From an uncultured delta proteobacterium (GTDB lineage: Bacteria; Myxococcota_A; UBA9160; UBA4427): a DNA stretch of 64,000 nt. The notes beneath the pieces were generated by a model. That model did no database searches and was not told the origin of the DNA. It saw only the letters and a list, made by a program, of their open reading frames with translations. Made by a program: the position numbers and the translations under genes. Positions within the stretch are counted from its first letter, which is position 1. Each line of letters begins with the position of its first letter. The stretch covers positions 1 through 64,000 of the forward strand of contig CAWGJT010000011.1 in the NCBI GenBank assembly GCA_963822965.1. Direction: 5' to 3'. This document shows, piece by piece, positions 58,558 to 64,000 of this stretch.

Positions 58558-59388
58558 ATGCACGAGGAATCCGGTTCCGACGGTCGATGGGTGAGGGAGG
58601 TGCGGCCCCCGCGGGCCGTGTCGCTCCTGCTTCTTTGCTCCCTGGGGCTCGCGCTCTCCTCCTCCTGGGGATGCGTGACGGTCGCCGAGCATCGCAAGCT
58701 GGAGCGCCGCGTCATGGACATGCAGCGCAGCCAGGGGACGAACCCGGCGCGCCAGCAGCTGGCCGACGTGGTGGCCGAGATCGACGAGCTCAAGAGCCAG
58801 CTGCGCGACCTGAGCGGCCGGCTCGAGGAGGTGCAGCAGCTCGCCCAGCAAGGCCTGGACGAGGCCCGCAAGGCCCGCCGGGAGGCGGCCGCGAGCGTGA
58901 AGCCCGGTGCCTCCACGGGCGCCGGGGCCGCGGGCGTGGCGGGCGCGACGGATCCGGACATCGAAGGGGCGGTCGCCGACGCCCAGGCCGACGCCGCGCT
59001 CTCCGCCGAGCTGCAGTCCTACCAGGCCGGTCTCGCCGCCTGGCGCAGCAAGGATTATCCCGCCTGCATTGACCGGTTCCGGTCCTTTCTGCAAACTTAC
59101 GCGTCCTCTTCACGGGCGGACGATGCCGCATTCTGGATCGCCGACTGTCATTACAAGCAGGGAGAGTTCAAGAACGCCGTCCTCCGGTTCGATGACGTGG
59201 TCCGGAATTACCCGACCGGAAATCGAGCACCGGACGCGCTGTACCGCCAGGGCGAGTCGCTGCTCAAGCTCGGTCCCGGCTTCCACGAAGCGGCCCGGCG
59301 GGCGTTCGAGAGAGTGCTGAAGGAGTACCCGGATTCCGCCCGGGCCGCGGAGGCCCGAAAGCAGCTCGAAGTCCATGCCGCGGGCTGA
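58558..59388 (+). CDS. cpoB: Tol-Pal associated CpoB/YbgF
   Basis: Coiled coil + TPRs (ADDAAFWIADCHY, YP.G.RAPDAL, YPDS..A..A). Confidence 0.88.
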   Translation: MHEESGSDGRWVREVRPPRAVSLLLLCSLGLALSSSWGCVTVAEHRKLERRVMDMQRSQGTNPARQQLADVVAEIDELKSQLRDLSGRLEEVQQLAQQGLDEARKARREAAASVKPGASTGAGAAGVAGATDPDIEGAVADAQADAALSAELQSYQAGLAAWRSKDYPACIDRFRSFLQTYASSSRADDAAFWIADCHYKQGEFKNAVLRFDDVVRNYPTGNRAPDALYRQGESLLKLGPGFHEAARRAFERVLKEYPDSARAAEARKQLEVHAAG

Positions 59389-59533
59389 CCGGCCGACACG
59401 GCGCGGGCGGGCCGAGCGGTAGACCCGGGGCGGCGGATGGACCCACCAGTCGGACAGCCAGTGCCGTCAGAGCAGACGGATCGGACACAGAGCGACCGGA
59501 ACGGTCGGACGGTGAAAAGGACGGGGTGAAGCG

Positions 59534-59899
59534 TTGAAGAAGCGCGAGATGATGAAGTTCAAGAAGATCCTCGAGGAGCAGCGCGACGAGTTGCTCGCCA
59601 ACACCCGTCGAACACTCGCTGGCGACATCCACCTGGATCCCGACGACTTTCCCGACGAGATCGACACGGCGTCCTCCGAGCAGAACCTGGCCTTCCAGGG
59701 GCGGCTCCGCGAGCGCGAGCGCGGGCTGCTCGCCAAGATCCTGCAGGCCCTGCGGAAGATCGAGGACGGCGTCTACGGCGAGTGCGAGGCCTGTGGCGAA
59801 GCCATCGGCATCAAGCGCATCGAAGCGCGGCCGGTCGCCGAGCTCTGCATCGACTGCAAGGCCGAGCAGGAGCAGCTCGAGCGCCGCGAGGGCGGCTGA
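59534..59899 (+). CDS. dksA: DksA/TraR family transcription factor
   Basis: PDEIDTAS coiled-coil tip, YGECEACG..I..KR.EARP...LCIDCK C4 zinc finger. Confidence 0.95.
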   Translation: MKKREMMKFKKILEEQRDELLANTRRTLAGDIHLDPDDFPDEIDTASSEQNLAFQGRLRERERGLLAKILQALRKIEDGVYGECEACGEAIGIKRIEARPVAELCIDCKAEQEQLERREGG

Positions 59900-59977
59900 G
59901 CGCCGGATCGCCGTCTTTCCGAAGAGCGCCGGATCGCCGTCTTTCCGAAGAGCGCCGGATCGCCGTCTTTCCGAAGA
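59898..59977. repeat. Perfect 26-bp tandem repeat x3
   Basis: GAGCGCCGGATCGCCGTCTTTCCGAA at 59898, 59924, 59950. Confidence 0.97.
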
Positions 59978-60006
59978 AGGGACCGCGCCGCGAATGGGAT
60001 GCCGCC

Positions 60007-61065
60007 ATGAACACGCCCCGCTTCGCGCACGTTCTCGGCATCGAGAGCTCGTGCGACGAGATGGCCGCGGCCGTGGTGCGCGACGGCCGCCAGATCCTGG
60101 CGAGCGTCGTCCACGGCCAGGCCGAGGTGCACCGTCCCTACGGCGGCGTGGTCCCCGAGCTGGCTTCCCGGGACCACGTGCGCGCGGTGTCGTGGGTGGT
60201 CGAGCGCGCGCTGGCCGATGCGGGCGTGTCCCTCGAGCAGCTGGACGGCGTGGCGGTGACCGCCGGCCCCGGCCTGATGGGATCGCTGCTGGTGGGTCTG
60301 TCCTTCGGCAAGGCGCTGGCCTGGCGGCTGGGGCTTCCGGTGGTCGGCGTCCACCACCTGGTCGGTCACCTGCTCTCCGCCGAGCTGGCCCGTGCGGATC
60401 TCGAGCCGCCCTATGTCGGTCTGGTGGTCTCCGGGGGACACACCGCCCTGTACCGGATCGGTGACGGCGCCCCGGAGCTGCTGGGCGAGACCCGGGACGA
60501 CGCGGTGGGCGAGGCGTTCGACAAGGTGGCGGTGCTGCTCGGCCTCGGGTTTCCCGGCGGTCCGGCGGTGTCGGCGGCGGCGGCCGAGGGCGATCCAGGC
60601 GCGGTGTCGTTCCCGCGCCCGATGCTGAAGCAGCCCGGGCTCGACTTCTCGTACAGCGGGCTCAAGACGGCGGTGGCCGTCGAGGTGGAGCGTCGTGGGG
60701 GAGCTGCTGCGCTGTCCCCGTCGGAGGTCGCCGACCTCGCGGCGTCCTTCGAGGCGGCGGCCACGGACGTCCTCGTGCTGCGGGCGCGCAAGGCGCTCCG
60801 TCGGGAGAAGCTCGGACGGGTGGCCGTGGTGGGCGGAGTGGCCGCCAACCGGCGCCTGCGCGAGGAGATGGCGCGCGTCGGGCGACGCGAAGGCTTCGAG
60901 GCCGTCTTTCCGCCTCCGGCCCTGTGCACCGACAACGCCGCCATGATCGCGGCGGCCGGGTGCCGCCTGCTCGAGCGGGGCGTGCGCGACGCGCTCGACC
61001 TGGGCGCCTTCTCTCGCGCCCCGATTCCGGCAGCCTCGTCTCCCGTCGCGCCGGTCGCCGGCTAG
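60007..61065 (+). CDS. tsaD: tRNA N6-threonylcarbamoyltransferase TsaD
   Basis: LGIESSCDE, YGGVVPELASRDH, HHLVGH, VSGGHT, DDAVGEAFDK, CTDNAAMIA. Confidence 0.97.
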   Translation: MNTPRFAHVLGIESSCDEMAAAVVRDGRQILASVVHGQAEVHRPYGGVVPELASRDHVRAVSWVVERALADAGVSLEQLDGVAVTAGPGLMGSLLVGLSFGKALAWRLGLPVVGVHHLVGHLLSAELARADLEPPYVGLVVSGGHTALYRIGDGAPELLGETRDDAVGEAFDKVAVLLGLGFPGGPAVSAAAAEGDPGAVSFPRPMLKQPGLDFSYSGLKTAVAVEVERRGGAAALSPSEVADLAASFEAAATDVLVLRARKALRREKLGRVAVVGGVAANRRLREEMARVGRREGFEAVFPPPALCTDNAAMIAAAGCRLLERGVRDALDLGAFSRAPIPAASSPVAPVAG

Positions 61066-61258
61066 TGTCCCGTCCCAGAAGTTCGCTTGCATTCGGCCGC
61101 CCCCGCGGCCCGCTGTCTGCGTTGCGCTCCCGTCGCCGTAGCGCGGCGATGCCTCGGTCGCGCGCCTTGGCGGCGGGCCGCGGAAGCGCCCTCGGTGCAT
61201 GCCGAGACGGATCGAAGGCGCGTCGACCTCGACAGCGAACTTCTGGAACGGGACGCTA
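61063..61258. mobile_element. MITE-like element (~196 bp) with 25-bp terminal inverted repeats, TA at both ends
   Basis: TAGTGTCCCGTCCCAGAAGTTCGCT ... AGCGAACTTCTGGAACGGGACGCTA (23/25 inverted match); internal nested IRs; no transposase. Confidence 0.78.
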
Positions 61259-61264
61259 ACCCCG

Positions 61265-62173
61265 GTGGGTCTGCGATCGATCCGCGAGATCCTCGATCGC
61301 CACGGCCTGCGGCTGCAGCGCGACCTGGGCCAGAACTTCCTCGTCGAGGACGACATCGCCCTGCGCCTGGCGCAGCGGTCCGGCGTCGAGGCCGGCGACG
61401 CCGTGATCGAGATCGGGACCGGGCTGGGCGTGCTGACCCGCCAGCTGGCCCGGCGCGCCGCATGGGTGACCAGCATCGAGATCGACTCGGGGATCGTCGC
61501 CGCGCTGCGGGCCGAAGCGCTGCTGCCGGACAACGTCGAGCTCCTGCACGCGGACGCCCTGGACGTCGACCTGGCGGCCCTGGCGGAGCGCCTGTCGCGG
61601 CCGGCCCCGGGCCCCAGCGGCCCGGACGCCCGGCCGCGCCCGGTGCGTCTGGTGGCGAACCTCCCGTACTCGGTGGCGAGCCCGCTGCTGCGCAGGCTGA
61701 TCGACCTGCGGCATCGGCTGGCGGACTGGTCGGTCATGCTCCAGCGCGAGCTGGCGGAGCGGCTCGTCGCCGAGCCGGGCACGAAGGACTACGGGTCGCT
61801 GACGGTGCTGCACCGGCTGGTGGCGGACGTCTCCCGGGAGCTCGACCTCAAGCCCGGCTGCTTCTTCCCGGCGCCGAAGGTCGAGTCGAGCTTCGTTCGC
61901 CTGTTTCCCCGGGCCGATTCGCCGGTGACCGACGAGGAGCTGCCCTGGCTCGAGACGGTTCTCCGGGCGGTCTTCAACCAGCGGCGGAAGACCATCCTCA
62001 ACGGGCTGCGAGGCGGCGGGCTGCCCCAGAGCGGCGACCGGGAAGCCCTGCTTCGAGCCCTCGAGACCGCCGGCATCCCCCCCGGCGAGCGCGCCGAGAA
62101 GCTCGCTCCGGAGACCCTGCTGGCCCTGGCCCGGGCCCTGGGCGACGGGAGCCCGAAGGGCTCCCTCCGCTAG
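61265..62173 (+). CDS. rsmA: 16S rRNA adenine dimethyltransferase RsmA/KsgA
   Basis: LGQNFL, EIGTGLG.LT, VANLPY, MLQRE.AERL, YGSL, F.P.PKVES, FNQRRKT; GTG start inferred. Confidence 0.95.
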   Translation: MGLRSIREILDRHGLRLQRDLGQNFLVEDDIALRLAQRSGVEAGDAVIEIGTGLGVLTRQLARRAAWVTSIEIDSGIVAALRAEALLPDNVELLHADALDVDLAALAERLSRPAPGPSGPDARPRPVRLVANLPYSVASPLLRRLIDLRHRLADWSVMLQRELAERLVAEPGTKDYGSLTVLHRLVADVSRELDLKPGCFFPAPKVESSFVRLFPRADSPVTDEELPWLETVLRAVFNQRRKTILNGLRGGGLPQSGDREALLRALETAGIPPGERAEKLAPETLLALARALGDGSPKGSLR

Positions 62174-62235
62174 CAGGCCGACCCGGAACGGTCGGCTCGC
62201 GCCGCAAAGGGAGCCCGAAGGGCTCCCTCCGCTAG
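62147..62235. repeat. Two identical 27-bp palindromic direct repeats with a 35-bp spacer (REP/BIME-like)
   Basis: GGGAGCCCGAAGGGCTCCCTCCGCTAG at 62147 and 62209. Confidence 0.9.
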
Positions 62236-62246
62236 GCTTCCCGGCG

Positions 62247-62525
62247 ATGGAAGCCTCCGAGATCCTCGCGGCGCTGCTCGACCTGGCCCGCGAGGCGGGG
62301 CTCGAGGTCCGGCCGGTGGGCCGTTCGGGCCTCGAGGCCGAGGAGGTACCACCGGGCAGTGCGGTCTGTCGGGTGCGCGGCGCCATCTGGGTGATGCTCT
62401 CCAGCGCCGACCCGGTGGCGATCCAGCTCGAGGTGCTGGCCGAGGCCCTGCGCCGGCACGCCCCCTCGCTGATCGAGGAGCGCCATCTGCCCCCGGCGGT
62501 CCGGGCGCTGCTCGAGGGTCCGTGA
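62247..62525 (+). CDS. Hypothetical protein (92 aa)
   Basis: Host-like codon usage; SAVCRVRG and C-terminal LPPAVRALLE; no function assigned. Confidence 0.7.
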   Translation: MEASEILAALLDLAREAGLEVRPVGRSGLEAEEVPPGSAVCRVRGAIWVMLSSADPVAIQLEVLAEALRRHAPSLIEERHLPPAVRALLEGP

Positions 62526-62577
62526 CCGGGGTCCGCGGCGCGCTTCGCCCCGCGGGTCCGGGGGGGCCCGGGATTGC

Positions 62578-62607
62578 TTGACCTCGCGCGCGCGCCGGGG
62601 GTACATT
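62578..62607 (+). promoter_or_regulatory. Sigma70 promoter TTGACC-N18-TACATT for panBC
   Basis: Near-consensus elements ~290 nt upstream of panB. Confidence 0.65.
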
Positions 62608-62722
62608 CCGCCCGTTCGAGGGGTCTCGTACAGTGCGAACTCCATCGGACGAAAAACCTCGCCCGGGTGTAGCCGCCCCGGCAGACGGAAGAGCAGAGTC
62701 GACACCTTTCACTCGCCCGGAA

Positions 62723-62855
62723 TCGCTCGGATCCGCAGCTGCAGACCGAGACGGGGGTGACGAGAGAAGGTGGGTCGCCGACGCTTCACTGGCTTCCCCT
62801 CCCTCCTTGTGCACCTCCGGGTGAAACCCGGAAGGTTTCTTCTTTCGTTCTTTTG
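62723..62855 (+). ncRNA. Probable pan RNA motif (cis-regulatory leader of panB)
   Basis: Two hairpins, each with a 3' bulged A (CG-CTCGG..CCGAG-A-CG; ACCT-CCGGGT-GAA-ACCCGG-A-AGGT), followed by a U-rich tract, in the panB leader. Confidence 0.65.
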
Positions 62856-62900
62856 ATCTGATCGTGGATGCGCGGCTGGACCGGGGAAGGAGATCCCCTG

Positions 62901-63731
62901 ATGTCCACCATCACCACGGCTTCCGCCCAGCGGGAGCATCGCGTCACGGTTCGCTCCCTGGCCGCACGCAAGCGCCGCGGCGAGCGCATCACCATGCTCA
63001 CCGCCTACGACTTCACGTTCGCTCGCATCTTCGAGACGGCGGGAATCGACCTGATCCTGGTGGGCGACTCCCTGGGCAACGTCGTGCAGGGAGCCGACAC
63101 CACGCTCCCGGTGACCCTGGACGAGATGATCTATCACACCCGGCTGGTGGCGCGGGGGCTCTCGCGGGCCATGGTGATCGGCGACATGCCGTTCGGCAGC
63201 TACCAGGTGGGCCCGGAGGACGCGGTCCGCAGCGCGATCCGTCTCGTGAAGGAGGGCGGCGCCCAGGCCGTCAAGCTCGAGGGTGGACGCCACGTCGCGC
63301 CGGCCATCGAGCGCATCGTCGCCGCCGAGATCCCGGTGATGGGTCACGTCGGGCTCACGCCCCAGGCGGTGAACCGGATGGGCGGCTTCCGGGTGCAGGG
63401 GCGCGGTGAGAAGAGCCGCACCCGCGTCATCGAGGACGCCCTGGCGGTACAGCAGGCCGGCGCCTTCGCAGTGGTGCTCGAGGGGGTGCCGGCGGCGCTG
63501 GCCTCGGAGATCACCCGGCGGCTCGAGATCCCCACGATCGGCATCGGTGCCGGGCCCGGCTGCGACGGGCAGGTGCTGGTGATGCACGACCTGCTGGGGC
63601 TGAACGAGTGGACCCCCTCCTTCGTCAAGCAGTACGCGAGCCTGGGCGCGGTGGCGACCCAGGCCGCACGGGCCTTCGCCGAGGAAGTGACGAACGGCAA
63701 GTTCCCCGACGAAGAGCACAGCTACCGGTAG
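62901..63731 (+). CDS. panB: 3-methyl-2-oxobutanoate hydroxymethyltransferase
   Basis: MLTAYD, LVGDSLG, DMPFGSY, VKLEGG, GHVGLTPQ, IGIGAG..CDGQVLV. Confidence 0.97.
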   Translation: MSTITTASAQREHRVTVRSLAARKRRGERITMLTAYDFTFARIFETAGIDLILVGDSLGNVVQGADTTLPVTLDEMIYHTRLVARGLSRAMVIGDMPFGSYQVGPEDAVRSAIRLVKEGGAQAVKLEGGRHVAPAIERIVAAEIPVMGHVGLTPQAVNRMGGFRVQGRGEKSRTRVIEDALAVQQAGAFAVVLEGVPAALASEITRRLEIPTIGIGAGPGCDGQVLVMHDLLGLNEWTPSFVKQYASLGAVATQAARAFAEEVTNGKFPDEEHSYR

Positions 63732-63758
63732 CCGGCGGCGGCTCGGGATCCCGGAACC

Positions 63759-64000
63759 ATGCAGATCGTCGAATCTCGCAAGGAGCTGCAGCTCCTCGTC
63801 GATGCGGAGCGAGCCGCGGGCCGGCGCCTGGCGCTGGTCCCGACCATGGGCGCGCTCCACGCCGGTCACCTCTCCCTCGTCGACGAAGCGCGCAAGCGGG
63901 CGGACCGGGTGTGGGTGTCGATCTTCGTGAACCCCACCCAGTTCGACCAGGCGCAGGACTTCGCGGGCTATCCCCGGGAGCTGGAGCGCGACGTGGAACG
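63759..64000 (+). CDS. panC: Pantoate--beta-alanine ligase, 3'-truncated by window edge
   Basis: Manual translation: [16 protein letters not shown]...[10 protein letters not shown]...YPR. Confidence 0.95.
   Translation, partial: MQIVESRKELQLLVDAERAAGRRLALVPTMGALHAGHLSLVDEARKRADRVWVSIFVNPTQFDQAQDFAGYPRELERDVE

Overview
GC-rich (~70%), gene-dense bacterial chromosome segment. Gene content (MshEN protein, FHA-DUF4388, RpoH-like sigma, Gld-like ABC, bactofilin, pan leader) suggests a Myxococcota/deltaproteobacterial lineage (inference). Core blocks: iscS-cysC-TPR-LolB-like; M16 peptidase + Opp ABC; LPS GT4 + kinase; GldAFG-like ABC + DUF4340; holB-metG-tatD-suhB; moaD-moaE fusion + moaB; cytochrome c/rpoH; pepA; tolQRAB-cpoB without pal; dksA-tsaD-rsmA; panB-panC. 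An accessory stretch (~21-42 kb) holds an alpha/beta hydrolase, P450 + ferredoxin, several GT-C membrane glycosyltransferases, a diiron ferritin-like protein, a class III aminotransferase, a steroid 5-alpha-reductase-like protein and an ECF sigma/anti-sigma pair. Most notable: (1) an archaeal AglB-like oligosaccharyltransferase whose WWDYG sequon motif reads AWGDG; (2) a DriD/WYL-type wHTH fused to PAS + a pseudo-histidine kinase, with a DriD-like box in its own promoter; (3) a DUF2723 gene scrambled by an internal inversion plus deletions; (4) a ZAS anti-sigma fused to a bactofilin-like beta-helix; (5) a ~196-bp MITE, a probable pan RNA motif and several tandem/REP-like repeats. Three genes carry single-base frameshifts, possibly sequencing errors. 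No rRNA, tRNA, cas genes or true CRISPR array were seen. All family calls are by motif recognition; no database searches were run.
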